A stretch of DNA of 35,194 bases, from assembly GCF_004010195.1 (NCBI RefSeq), contig NC_057754.1, positions 7,173,564 to 7,208,757 on the forward strand. The letters run 5' to 3'. The DNA comes from Chiloscyllium plagiosum. Lineage: Eukaryota. Positions 22,896-35,160 of this stretch are shown piece after piece. The notes under the pieces were generated by a model. That model had not been told where the DNA came from. It did not search any database and worked only from the letters and a program-made list of their open reading frames with translations. Positions within the stretch are counted from its first letter, which is position 1; every line of letters starts with the position of its first letter. The position numbers were made by a program, and so were the translations under genes.

Positions 22896-24684
22896 TATCT
22901 CAGTTTGTCTGAACAGGTTGATGTGGAAAAATAAGTTAATTTTAAAAAAAAAGTGAAGGGCTGACTTTAAAAACAAAGTGTCAGCCACTCTGACACCAAG
23001 CCATCTCTGCAGGAACTGGACCAGTGTCAAGGACATGGAAATAAAGGGTGACTTGGTAACAGGATTCCAGCCTCAGTGGAGTTATTTCAGAATGGAACAG
23101 CAGGTTTAAGAATGATGCGTTCCTGCTTCTAATTCATACGCTCATATGTTGATATGTAATCGAGGCAGAATTCCTGCTGCAGAAAATCCCACAAGACATC
23201 TCATCAGTGTGGAGAGAACAAATAGTAAGGAAAGGGAGCAGACAGAAGGCTTGCTTTCAAAGGTTTGACTGAGAGGCAAAGTGCAGAGAGAAGTGAGAGC
23301 TGAGTGCATTTGTCAGGATCACCTGCAGAGTAAACCCAACTTTCGACACACACATTCCATTTCAATTAAGTTCCTCCTTGCTATTGGGGTTGAAAGGAAG
23401 GGAGTCTACTTTGATTTGATTTATTGCAACATGTACCTAGGTACAGTGAAAAGTTGTTTTTGATTAGATTAGATTCCCTACAGTGTGGAAACAGGCCCTT
23501 CGGTCCAGCCACTCCGCACCAACCCACCCAGACCCATTTTGGGTGCAGCATACACAGATCATACCATACAAAGTGCAGTGGGTAATGGAGGAGAGCGAGG
23601 GATGTACAGCTGCAGAGGTTAACAGTGGATACTGAAGATAATGCTGAAAAAGCTAGCCAAATGGCATAGAAGTACCAAAATAAATCTAACATGAGTGATG
23701 CACTTTAGTGGGAAGAATAAGGTGGTCATTAGGTCTTTGAATAATCAATAGAGAGAGAGGCAGAGACATGTGGACACAGATTTCTACATCAATAAAAGCA
23801 AAGACACAGACTGTGCTTTTAATACAGGACTTTGTAAGTACGATGAGTTCAGTTCTACAGAGACAGAATTGAAAAACTGAGGCATTATGTTAAACTTGCA
23901 TCAAATCTTAAATGGACTGAAGTTGGAAGTTTCTGTGAGCATTTTTCATATCTATTTCATGAAACAGACATAAAAAGGACCAGACAAGGGGCAACAAAAT
24001 TACAAGGTTGATACTGGAACAGAAAGTTTACATCTGTCTATGTCTTACCCTGCACTAAAACTACACAGGCTTGTAGAACTGACAAATGAAGTGTCAAAGT
24101 TTCGTGCAGAGACTTACAAAGTGATTCACTTTAGGAGGAAGACCGAAAGTCAACATAAAATACAGGGTGAGGTTCTATAGGAGTTTTGGGAGTAGAGGGA
24201 CTTTTTCATGCACACACCATTGAATGTGGCACAACAGGTTCAGTTACTGAAGCATACGGATCCTAGGACTTATGTATAGGGGCATAAAGCACCAAAACAA
24301 GAATGTTGCAACAAACCCGCATGAAACACTGGGTCTGGTTCAGCTGGAGTAGTGTGTCCATTTCTGGGTGCCATGTATTAAGGAGGAAGAGAAGGAATTG
24401 GAGAGGGAGCAGCCTAGATTCTCAGCAGAATCAGTTACATGGGAGAAGTTGGGACTGTTTTCCTCGGTGTTTTGATTGAGGTGCTCAAAATCATGAGGCA
24501 GCCGGAGAAAAAAGTCAGGGAGAGATTTATCATTGAACGAAGGAACACAGGTAATTGACAAAACAAGCGATGGCAGTATAAACGAAACTTTTTCACACAG
24601 CAAGTGGTTGGTATCTGGAATGCACTGCCCGAGAGTGGTGGAGGCAGATTTCAGCAAAGCATTCAACAGGGAATTGAACAATTA

Positions 24685-24888
24685 TTAGATTAGATTCCCC
24701 ACAGTGTGAAAACAGGCCCTTCAGCCCAACCAGTCCACACCGGACCTCCGATGAGTAACCCCCCCAGACCCATTTCCCTCTGACTAATGCACCTAACACT
24801 TTGGGCAATTTAGCCTGGCCAATTCACCCTAACCTGCACATGTTTGGACTGTGGGAGGAAACCCATGCAGACATGGGGAGAATGTGAA
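24685..24888 (-). mobile_element. HE1-like SINE 3' part
   Basis: Reverse complement of ~26180-26394, with ttaga tandem tail. Confidence 0.8.
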
Positions 24889-26080
24889 GAGAAAGTAGGT
24901 ACAGGACTTGGGGCAAAGGCAGGGGTGTGCAGCAATGGGCGAGTTGCTCTCTATCACGATATTGTGCTCCAGCCCTTCCTCGAAGTCTGTGCTCCTCCAG
25001 TTCAGGTTTCTTATTCGTGTCTGACTTTCATCACTCACTTTTGGAAGGCATACCTTCAGCTACTCAGTTGCTTCAAGGACCTCTCTTCCCCACCTTTCAG
25101 ACCCTCCTCAAAAACGACAGCCGTCTGAGCTTCATCTGCCCGAGCATATACTTTTGTAACTCAGTCACATTTTGGAACGCCTGCACAGCACCGTGGCACA
25201 TTTTATTACATTAAAAACAAGTTGTTTGTGCCTGTTCAGTCTCTTTGCCCTGAGATTCTCTTCCTAAACCCTTCCACTTCCTCGAAGACCTCAGTTAAAT
25301 CTCAGCTCTTTGGTGAAGTTTTGGGCTCCTTAACTCTCTTATTCAACCGGCCTTTATTTTGTTCCTGGCACCCGAGGACCTATTCTTCCCCAGAGACATT
25401 CCTTTACAAATGTGGGAGCAGAAGCAGCTAATCCTGTCCCTTAAGCCTGCTCTGCCATTCAATAGGATTGTGGCCTCAGTGTACGGTACTTTCCTGGTTA
25501 CTCCCTATACCCTTAAATTCTTCATTAACAAGGGAGGTTGACCTACCGGTGTTAAAATTATTTCATGATCCTCCACCTATCATTCTCCAGGGAAGAGAAT
25601 TCCAAAGAGTTATGACCCTCAGAAAAATATAATTCTCATCCCCATCCGAAATGCGAGACCCCTTATTTCTATACCATGTTTCTTGTATCATCTGCTAGTC
25701 AACCTGCTCTCCTGCACAAACACTCGCAGAAAAATAAAATCAATGGCTCTTTTATTCTGCTCCCAACTCTTCAGTGCAAACAAACATGCGGGCAACCTAA
25801 TTACAGACAATGTAACCTGGCAACTCCAGTAAGCAGCCAAACCAAGTCAGAAACTGAGAGAAACTGAAATCTTTCTATCCCCTTGAAAATATTCCAAGCT
25901 GCACTTAAAACACCACTGGCGAGATTAACACCCTCGGTTGCACATTGTGTGACATATAGCTCAACACCAGTCATTAATGGGCTAAATTCTGACTTTGTTC
26001 CCTTTTTAAAAAGACAAAGATGAATTGAAACAAACTGAGGGTGTATTTTTGCATATATGTTTGTTTTCTCTTTAAAAAAA

Positions 26081-26394
26081 GGGGCAGCACTGTGGCTCAG
26101 TGGGTAGCACTGCTGCCTCACAGCGCCAGGGACCCAGGTTCGACTCCAGCCTCAGGCAACTGTCTGTGTGGAGTTTGCACATTCTCCCCGTGTCTGCGTG
26201 GGTTTCCTCCGGGTGCTCCGGTTTCCTCCCACAGTCCAAAGATGTGCAGGTCAGGTGAATTGGTCATGCTAAATTACCCATAGAGTTAGGTGCATTAGTT
26301 AAGGGGAATGGGTCTGGATGGGTTACTCTTCGAAGGGTCTGTGTGGACTAGTTGGGCCGAAGGGCCTGTTTCCACACTGTAGGGAATCTAATCA
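26081..26394 (+). mobile_element. Full-length HE1-like tRNA-derived V-SINE
   Basis: A box gtggctcagtgggtagc, B box ggttcgactcc, V-domain ctgcgtgggtttcctccgggtgctccggtttcctcccacagtccaaaga, CR1-like tail gggcctgtttccacactgtagggaatctaatc. Confidence 0.9.
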
Positions 26395-26814
26395 TATTAG
26401 AAAGTAGTTTGCCATAAAAGCAGCACTAGCCTGGCAATGCTGCTCCACGTCTATAACCTGCTTGAAAATCTCCACCTCACATTTGTCCTTTTATCTATGG
26501 GCACAAATGCCAGCCCAAAATATCATTGTCTTTGGTCCCTGGCTGAGGAGGACGTGGATTCCAGTCCACTCCAAAAGATGTGAGCCCATAACAAACTCCA
26601 AACTCTACCATGCCAGTACGTTCCATGTTTCTGTAAGCTTTTCCCCTCGAGAAATGGGTTCCTCGAGGGCTTGGTCTCACAAACCACAAGGGGGATTTAC
26701 AGTGTTCCCCTCTGAGCAGGCAATATATCGGGATGGAGCGCTGCTTTCAGCAGCTGCTCTTCGCCCTCGATGAATGCTCCCTTTCTCTCATGCGGAGAGC
26801 TGGAGGAAGAGAAT

Positions 26815-27090
26815 GTGAGAGGGCGTGCTGCAGTGTTCGAGGTGCCACACCTCAGATAAAGTCAAACTGAGGCCCCATCTGCCCCCTCAGGGTAGCTAAT
26901 AAAGATCCAATAGAAAATATAGCAAGTGTGTGTGTGGGGTTGGCAGACTGAATTTTCTCTATCGCCCCAGGGTGCAGCATTTACCCCTCAGCCCACATTC
27001 ACTAAAACAATTTCTGGGACCAAGTATTCCATGAACCTGCACAGCTGTGCATGCGCTGGTTGCAACGTTTCTGACATTCCAGGAGTGACA
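26815..27090 (+). mobile_element. Old Deu-domain SINE (SacSINE1-like) remnant
   Basis: gaggtgccacacctcagataaagtcaaactgaggccccatctgccccctcagg...aaagatcc resembles the Deu domain as recalled. Related remnants on the minus strand at ~15705-15795, ~34190-34510 and ~34890-34990. Confidence 0.55.
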
Positions 27091-27499
27091 GGATTTGGGA
27101 AGTTGAGAAAGGAAATTCTTCCTCCAAACCAGTAGACGTTTCTCTTGGTTCAGTGCCAAAACAGCTGGCTCCATCCAGAGCAGCCTAGCAAAACGAGTGT
27201 GGTTTCCCCAGTCTTCAACCAACACAATGCACCCCCTCCAATAAGTAGTTAAAAAAAAAATGAATTGGAGCAAGAACATGAAAGCCTTCCTCCCCCTCTT
27301 GTTGCCCAGCGACAATGACTGACTGTACTGTTCACAGTTCATTAACTCAGCACAGAGCAGGATGCAGACTTCCTGGCTCAGTAAGTTCCACATCACCAGA
27401 ATGTACTGAACCAGCAAGCTGCTGGCAATCTTTCCTGGCAATCACAGTCAATCACTCTGGCCGGGTGGCCAATGCAGCACAGCACGCTCCCACAGCAGA

Positions 27500-28027
27500 G
27501 CACTTGAAATTTGCGTCACAGGTAGACAGGGAGGTTAAGGCAGCCTTTAGCACGTTGCCTTGATTGCTCAGACCCGTGAGAATGGGAGTTAGGTCGGCGT
27601 TTTGAGGTAGTATGGGATGTTGGTAGTCTCTCTTCTGGAGTGCTGTGCGCAACTCTGGTTGCCCTGCGGGATGACCTTATAAAGGCTATGAACTCATAAG
27701 GGGCAGAGATAAGGTGTACAGCAAGGGTCTTTTCCCTAGGGTTGGGGGAGTTCAAAACCCGGGACTATAATTTTAAGGTGAGGTGAGAAAGTTTTCAAAA
27801 GGACACATGGGGCAATTTGTACTTTTAAACAGAGTGGCTCGTGTGTTGAATGAACTTCCAGAGGAAGTGATAGATGCAGGTACAGTTCCAACATTTAAAA
27901 GAGATCTGAATAAGTTCATGAATAGGAAACGGTTGGAGGGATAGTGGGAAGAGTTTAGCTTGGGAATCCGGTCAGCTTGGACTAGCTGGACTGACGGGTC
28001 TGTTTCCATGCTTTATGACTCTATGAC
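27500..28027 (+). mobile_element. CR1-type LINE fragment with internal deletion
   Basis: LKFASQVDREVKAAF, then jumps to gaccttata.agg..tat; tail tatgactctatgac. Confidence 0.8.
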
Positions 28028-29123
28028 CCAGTCACCCAGAATATTCTGATTACTTAAACAGAAGGGAATTATCTGGTGTCTTAATTAAGACAGGATAATG
28101 TCTTAATTAAACATCATCCGGTCATCCAAGTATCATGAACGATGGCACATGCCCATCCCTGTGGTGTTTCCACTGGAAGCACTGGCCTAGAATGTGCCTC
28201 AAGTGGGTTTTGGACTGAGGGATGTGCCAAAAGAAATCGAACAGAACATATCACACCCCCAACAAATTTCCAGCTGCAATGTGAATTTGAAAAGATTCAT
28301 GCACATGGAAGCCAGGAGGCTCAATCTCCACATTATGGGGATACGGAGACCAGGAACGTGACTTTGAAAAATTCTCAGGTCTCACAGCATCTGTGGATAA
28401 AAACAGTTTAATCTCTCTCATACGGTCTAACTTCTTCAATTCTGAAAAGAGTCATACTGGACTTAAAATATTAACTCTTGTTTTTCTCTCTCCACAGATA
28501 CTGCTGGACATCTTGAGCTTCTCCAGCAGTTTCTGTGCTTGCTTGAGATTTCCAGCATCTGCACCATCATGCTTTTTAACTTGAAAATTCCTCTGTGCCC
28601 AGAATGTATCCTCTTGATCTACACTTCAAGAATCGATAACAATAACAACTTCGTCTCAAAGTTTCACTGGCCCATGTAGCAACAATAAACAAGTGTAAAA
28701 ACTGACTGCAAATTGTTGTGGGATGTCTCAAAGGCACATTCTTATTAGAAACCACTTCCCAAGCCTCGTATTGGAATATACATTACACTTGACCCTTTTG
28801 TACATCTAATCCTTACAACCCCATTCGGCCCAACTGGCCCACACCAACTCTCTAAAGAGCATCCCATTCAGACCCATCCCCCTACCCTCAGTAACCCTGC
28901 TTTTCCCGTGGCTAACGCAGCTCACCTACACAGCCCTGAACACTATGGGGAATTTAGTGCGGCCAATCCAGCTAACCTGCACATCTTTGTTCACAGTGTA
29001 TTAAACTATCTCAAAAACAAACAAGCCGGCTGCAGAAACTTGGTGAAAGCAACAGCAGAGTCAATCAAGGTTTGGTATTCTGCAACATTGCTTAGGAATT
29101 CTGAGCACAATTAGTTCTTTTTA

Positions 29124-29204
29124 TCAACCCCGTGGAGTTGTTTCCTCGGACAGAGTTTGATTCATCCATTTGTCCAAATATATTGTTAGCATTTCAAGGA
29201 CAGG
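29124..29204 (-). CDS. Putative last coding exon E of an unidentified small protein
   Basis: Acceptor ctttctcgtgtgttgcctggctacccag; phase 0; PVLEMLTIYLDKWMNQTLSEETTPRG then tandem stops TGA TAA. Confidence 0.45.
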   Translation of the reverse strand, partial: PVLEMLTIYLDKWMNQTLSEETTPRG

Positions 29205-29499
29205 CTGGGTAGCCAGGCAACACACGAGAAAGAGCTTTTACACAACCATCGCCCTATCATTGGTTCACTACATAGCAGCATGAAGAGAGATTATAGAGCA
29301 TGGCAACGTCCCTACCTTTGAACCAGGATGCCGAGGTTCAAGTCACACCTGCTCCAGAGGGGCGGATAATAACACCACTGAACAGGTTGATTAGAATACA
29401 TCGGCAAGGGTTGCAGAATTGATTTCGGTCGCTGGGTTTTATTTCACCCAGTACTGCAATTCTGAAAGTTAGGCAAGGGGTGACTGACATATTACACCA

Positions 29500-30000
29500 A
29501 TCACTTTGCACAGAACTTTAAACCCTTGTAAAACGCCCCAGTGGACCGCACGAGTGTCTGTAAAACAAAGTTTGGTAGTGAGCTACATAAGGAGTTGAGC
29601 ACAGCTTGACCAGCTGGGCAAATGAGGTAGATTTTAAAGGATGGGAGGGAGAGGTTTAGGGACGGAATTTCAGAACTTGGGGTCCCAGGCACCTGAAAGG
29701 CACAGGAACTACTGATTGAGTGATGGAATTCAGGGATGGACAAGAGATCAGAAATAGAGGGTAGAGATATCGAGCCTTGCCAGGGCTGGAGCTTCCAGAG
29801 ATTTTATTTTGGGGGGGGGGGGGGCGCAGATGATGTTGTAGAGCCTGGAGGTTACAGAAATAGAATCATAAATGATGGGAGAAGTTGCAGCAGCTGGAAA
29901 ACATTACAGAGATAGGGAGAAGTGAAGCCACAGAGGGAAACACATGAATACTAAACACAAGGCCTTCCAGACTGGGAGACAGTGTAGGTAAGTGAGTATG
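29500..30000 (-). mobile_element. Degenerate L2-like LINE 3' region
   Basis: ggagaggtttagggacggaatttcagaacttggggtcccaggcacctgaaaggcac resembles 7570-7630 and 16330-16400. Confidence 0.5.
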
Positions 30001-30512
30001 GGAGGGTGGAAAGGGGTTGGGAAAATCAATGAACATAGTTCATTGAGATAGGGGCAGCATTATCATTCAACCACATCAAATCAACTGAAATCCTGTGCTG
30101 CAGAGCTGCGTTCCTGATGATCAGCACACACCTCAATTGCTGAAAGAAATGGAAAAACAGGCTTTGGAGGCAGGTGCTATGATATAGTGGACCACAGGGC
30201 CTGTTCATGTACTGTACTAAGTTCTAGGATATAAAGACCACAGAAGCTTGTCTTGACAAAATAACACACTGTCAACTTCACAAGCATTAAATGAAGATAT
30301 TTACCAACAGGAAACGAGGGTAGCTACACAACTTTAAAGTTGTGTTAAAGAGTTTTGGTTTCACTTTCAAAGTTCCTCTTTGAGTGACACTTGGTCATCA
30401 GCAAAATCAATCTTCTGTATGGTTGATCATCCTCATCCATTTTATTTTGTTCCAGCTCAGTATACCTTCTCAAACTCAATTTACTGGGTCTTTAAAATCA
30501 GAATTCACGTAC

Positions 30513-30552
30513 CTTTGGGACTCTTTCCACACGGAAGATCATAAAGTTTAGC
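30513..30552 (-). CDS. Putative exon D of an unidentified small protein
   Basis: Acceptor gcaaagtttcag (weak), strong donor AAG|gtacgt; 40 nt, phase 2/0; (K)LNFMIFRVERVPK. Confidence 0.45.
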
Positions 30553-30679
30553 CTGAAACTTTGCATGCTATGTGACATTGGCATTGGTATGTGGCAGCCC
30601 TTTGAGATAATTTATTTTGATTTTTATTACACATATCTGGTAGTGGGTAATTGAAATGGGTTGGAACCAACACTATGAA

Positions 30680-31232
30680 AATGACCGCTGATCAGTAATT
30701 TAACATAAATACTGCGGTAACGAGGGTAGCTCAAAGGCTGGGAATTCTCCGAAAGGTAAATTACACCCTGACTCCCAAAGCCTGTCCATCATTGACACAA
30801 GTCAGGAGTGGAGTGGATCTTCACTTGCCTGGATGAGTGCAGCTCCAACAACACAAGAACTTTGATACTTCCCAGCATAAAAGAAGCCACAACCATTCAC
30901 TCTCTCAATCACTGATTCTGGGAAATGCACTGCAGCAACTCAAAGCTCCTGCAACAGCACCTTCCAACCAGCTACCCCTACCACCCGGAAGGATAAGAAC
31001 AACAGACACACGGGAGGACCACCATCACCGGCATGTTCCACCACAACCAATAAATCAGCCTGAGCTGGAACAATGTCGGGTGCTCCGTTAATACTGTGGG
31101 AACTCCCACCATTCCGATGTTCAGAGCCTACCAACACAACTGCAGTGGTTCAAGAAAGTAGTTCACCACCACCAGCTCAGAGGTCATTAGGGCTGGGTAG
31201 TAAAGCCAGCGACGCTCAAGTAAAAAGAGAAA
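30680..31232 (+). mobile_element. Degenerate non-LTR retroelement 3' region (second family)
   Basis: caagtcaggagt...cacttgcctggatgagtgcagctccaacaac RT-end sequence; tail gccagcgacgc related to 835-895, 12215-12280 and 20320-20350. Confidence 0.55.
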
Positions 31233-32782
31233 ACTTTGGGAAAAGTGGTAAATATTCCTCAGTCCTGCCTGCGGTGTTAGTAATGAATACAAGACATTGC
31301 CATTCACAGATATGGCAGAAACACCTTCCACATGTGTTCTCAGATCATATACCATTAAGTACAAGAACATAGGAGGTGGCCATTCAGCCCCTCAACCCCA
31401 TTCTGTTGCTCAGATTATGGCTGGATATATATCCCTCCATTGTGGCACTGTTGCCTTAACAAACTTAGACCATAAGGGATAGGAACAGGAGGAGGCCATT
31501 CAGCCCCTTGAGCCTGCTCCGGCAATCGGATCATGGCTAATCTGACATTCCTGACATCCATGTTCCTGCATCTTTCCCATAACCCTAGATTCCTTGACTG
31601 ATTAAGAATCCATCCATCTAGGCCTTAAATACACAGTCCTCGCAGCTCGATGACTCAATGGGCTGCTTCTAACGTTTAACTTATTCTTTCGTGGGACATG
31701 GGGGTCCCTGTCGATGGTAGCACCTGTTGCTCATTTTTAATTGACCCTTAAACGGAGTGGCTGGACGATTTCAGAGGGCAGTCAATAGTAAGGTACCTTC
31801 TAACTTCTGCTATAGCAGCTTCCAATTAGCGTGTACAGAACTCATCATGGCTGCACAGCTTACAGTAAATGCTGGTTGAGAGTCAACCACATTGCAACCA
31901 CATTGCTGCCACATGTGGGCCAGACCATGTGAGAACAGCAGACTTCTTTAAGGGTGAATGGACGAGTTTTTTTAAACAAATAAAAACAGGTGATTGTGTA
32001 ATGGCCTCATTATTGAGGCTTGTTTTTCCAACTTTAGAGCAGCAAACTTTTTATTAACAAGCACCTATGGGACCAGGAGTATGTCAAGTGACCAAGCATT
32101 CCTGACAATGAAGGAGGCCCACGTAAATCAATAGAAAACACACTAACTAATAGAAATGTAAGGCAGGGGGCATACACATCATTGTCATAGTTTATTTATA
32201 ATGTAATTCACAAATAATAATGCAACATTGCCTTAAATAAAACTTATCAGCAGAGAGCCTGATCACTCACACGCTCTCAACGGACTACTCAGACATCACT
32301 GTATTTGAGGAGAAGTTGACTCAAAATTTAATCAACTATTGATCATTCGTGTGGTCATTTGCTTGAACAAGTGTATTTACACTGGAGGTAAATAAATTTT
32401 AAAAACTATAATAATTGAGCAGGATAACACGTTAAATGCTGTAGTATTTGAGGTTTATAATTTTTATGATTTATCAAGACTGCCCATTCATAAGGCGCTA
32501 GTTAAAATAAAGTTTGCTGTATTTGAATCTAAACTACACCAGCTGATGTGGTTGAAGTCTCAGAGGTTAAATGGTGCACCATCAACAGCACTCCAGCAGG
32601 AAGCCTGTCTCTAGTCAGATAAAGCATTGCAGCTTGGACAATCAAAAAGTTGGGGGGTGGGGGAGGAGGTGTTTGACGCAACCATGCCTGACACCTGTCT
32701 TCATCTCAAAGGAAAGCGCGATGGATCCATATTGTTAGGAAGCAAACAAGCAACGGCAATAAACTTCAAAGAACGCCCATAC

Positions 32783-32831
32783 TTCAGCAGAATCTTCCTT
32801 CGGTCCTCACTATCTACAGATTTGAAGATCT
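32783..32831 (-). CDS. Putative exon C of an unidentified small protein
   Basis: Strong acceptor ctctcattttgttctgacag, donor GAA|gtatgg; 49 nt, phase 1/2; (E)IFKSVDSEDRRKILL(K). Confidence 0.5.
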
Positions 32832-34077
32832 CTGTCAGAACAAAATGAGAGCCAGGTTGTTCAGAGGTGATGCTAAGAATTGCTTTCCCACGCTAACAGC
32901 AGTGGAGACATGGAACTCTTCCCCTCCTCTCTTCCAAAAGCTGTCAAGGTAAGAAGCTTAAATTTGGAGGGTGAAAGGTTTTCATCAGGCCAACCGGTTT
33001 AACGGTTATTGAGCAAAAGGGGGGGGTAAGATGGAGTTAAGGTGCAAGTCTGATCAGACTGAATGAAAGAAAGGACTCTCAGAAGCAGGACGTGGCCATT
33101 CAGCCCCTCAAGCCTGTCAGTTCCTACAGTCCTATACCAGAAATGTAGCAAGGTTAAATCTGGAAATACAGCATGAGGTACTTCCAAGACAGAAGGCAAT
33201 GCAAAGGCTGATCAAAATGGGAACAGGACACAGGATCATACCCAAGAATTTTACACCAATTTCCCCTCCCCTGGTTTACGGATTCTTGCACGAACATACA
33301 CTTATCAAAGCCAAAATTATTGACCGTAGTAGTAGCTTTGAAATGTAGGTTCTAGTGACCAAAATCGCCTACCCAGAAGGAACATGCTGCTAACCACACA
33401 CTATGGTCCCCCCGATCATGGATATCAAAGCTCAATGCAAAGGGCCCAACCATGGCAATCCATTTTGCAAATATAAATGTACGATTTACAGCGTTGGTAA
33501 ACCCCCAGCCATTCAGTAATATCATGGTTGATCCAATCGCGGCTGCCCTGGACAACCTTTCACCACCTTTGCTCATCAAGAATCTAGCTACCTTTACCTT
33601 AAAAATATCCAAGATTTCTGCTGCCCACAGTCTTTTCAGGAAGAGTTGAAAGATTCCCAACCCTCAGAAAAAAAATCCTTCTTATCTCTACTCCAAATGG
33701 GCAACCCCTAATTTTGAAGCAGTCCAGCTCCAGAAGGTCCCTCAAGAGGGAGGCTCCTGTCTACATGCACCATGTCAAGACTCCTTGTAGGTTTCAACTA
33801 AGTCACCTCTTATTCTTTAATCCAGCCGAGGTAAATATTTTCAAGCATCCCTCAATCTGTACAGATGCCAATCTGACTGCTGATCCCACAAATTACAGGC
33901 TTGAACCAATTGACTCCAGGGCTCTATAACATTACACAACTCTAACAAGCACCAATCCCAGTGTTAATGACCAGGGTCCAGTAAATTGTAATTTGGCTGA
34001 ATTTGCCAGCAACGCCGACAAATGAGAGTCAGAAATACAGTCTTGCATCTACCAGTCATGAAACCTTTTGAAGATAC

Positions 34078-34131
34078 CTCCGATCATTTGATCCAAACAA
34101 ACTTCCAAGACTTCAGCACACATATGATGGG
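34078..34131 (-). CDS. Putative exon B of an unidentified small protein
   Basis: Acceptor ctcccttctgcacattcag, donor GAG|gtatct; 54 nt, phase 1/1; HHMCAEVLEVCLDQMIG; non-repetitive sequence. Confidence 0.4.
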
Positions 34132-34896
34132 CTGAATGTGCAGAAGGGAGCCAGTCTCATCCAATGACAATTTAAGCCCAACAAAGGAGAAAAAGCTTGC
34201 ATTTACATAGCACGCTTTATGCCCTCAGGATGCCCAAAGCACTTTGCAACCTCAGGAATGACATTGACAAACAATGGTTTGCGTGCAGGAAGTTCCCACG
34301 CAGAGAATTCATCTGCCTCAGGGATACTGCTTCACAGGAGGAAAGAACATTTTGCACCTTATGCCAGCAAACTTTCTCAACAGTTAGACAGGAGTCTCAG
34401 TTTTTAATGCCTTGTCAGGAGAGTATAGCCCTCCCCAACAGTCCAGCCTCAGTCTGAATTATGAGAGCTCCTGTCCTGAGGGACTTTCTGAGTAAAGCCA
34501 GCATTCTCAGCAATATCATCATCAAGCTTCAGCTTAAACACCGCTAGTAGTCAATTCCATCAGCCTTCCCCACCCCCGAAACCGGAGTAGATGATGCAGA
34601 TCTGAGGGAACTATGTAGCGCAAAGTTCACTCTGGTGTAAGGAGTGGCAAATTCTGTGCAGCCGACATGTAACGACTGCAGAGACAAAGTGAGAGTACAG
34701 GCTCGTGTTTCAGCGGCACTGCCCCTCAGCCTCACAACCTGCTGAAATAGACAGGCAGGAGGCTGGAAGAACACAGCAAGCCAGACAGCATCAGAAGATG
34801 CTTGTAGAGTTCTTCCAGACTCTAGCCTGTCTATTTTGGATTCCAGCATCTGCAGATTTTTCTCTCTCACAACCTGCCGAAGCCATCCATAGCCAA

Positions 34897-35160
34897 TGGA
34901 GAACTTTTGAATTGTTGGGCTGTAGGAAACATGGCAGCCAATTTGCATACAGCAAGCTCCCAGAAACGGCAACATTACAATGCTGACCAGGCGAGGGGCA
35001 GGAAGAGGGCGAGGGGGGCCGGACAGAGTGGAGAACTTTTGAATTGTTGGGCTGTAGGAAACATGGCAGCCAATTTGCATACAGCAAGCTCCCAGAAACG
35101 GCAACATTACAATGCTGACCAGGCGAGGGGCAGGAAGAGGGCGAGGGGGGCCGGACAGAG
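34897..35160. repeat. Exact 132-bp tandem duplication
   Basis: 34897-35028 equals 35029-35160 by eye; followed by a third partial copy of ggcgaggggggccggac. Confidence 0.92.

Noticed and set aside
26081..26155. tRNA gene candidate
   Set aside because: The A and B boxes continue into the V-SINE body and CR1-like tail, so it is a SINE head.
26959..27441. 160-aa minus-strand ORF as a further exon of the small gene (GKIASSLLVQYILVMW...)
   Set aside because: It would need a weak donor (G|gttgat) and a weak acceptor (gtgattgccag), and its distal part crosses a T-run and a SINE remnant. Not supportable without transcript data.
30326..30345. Perfect 20-bp palindrome acacaactttaaagttgtgt (and 16-bp tgtcttaattaagaca near 28077)
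   Set aside because: Short, AT-rich and isolated; no associated structure.
30313..30731. 13-bp direct repeat (aacgagggtagct) flanking putative exon D, like a TSD
   Set aside because: The second copy appears to lie inside the LINE fragment beginning near 30680, so it is probably coincidental.
34445..34528. Box C/D snoRNA-like layout on the minus strand (ATGATGA...CTGA with a 4-bp terminal stem)
   Set aside because: No internal C' box or rRNA-complementary guide recognised, and it overlaps a degenerate SINE. An Rfam or snoscan hit would reverse this call.
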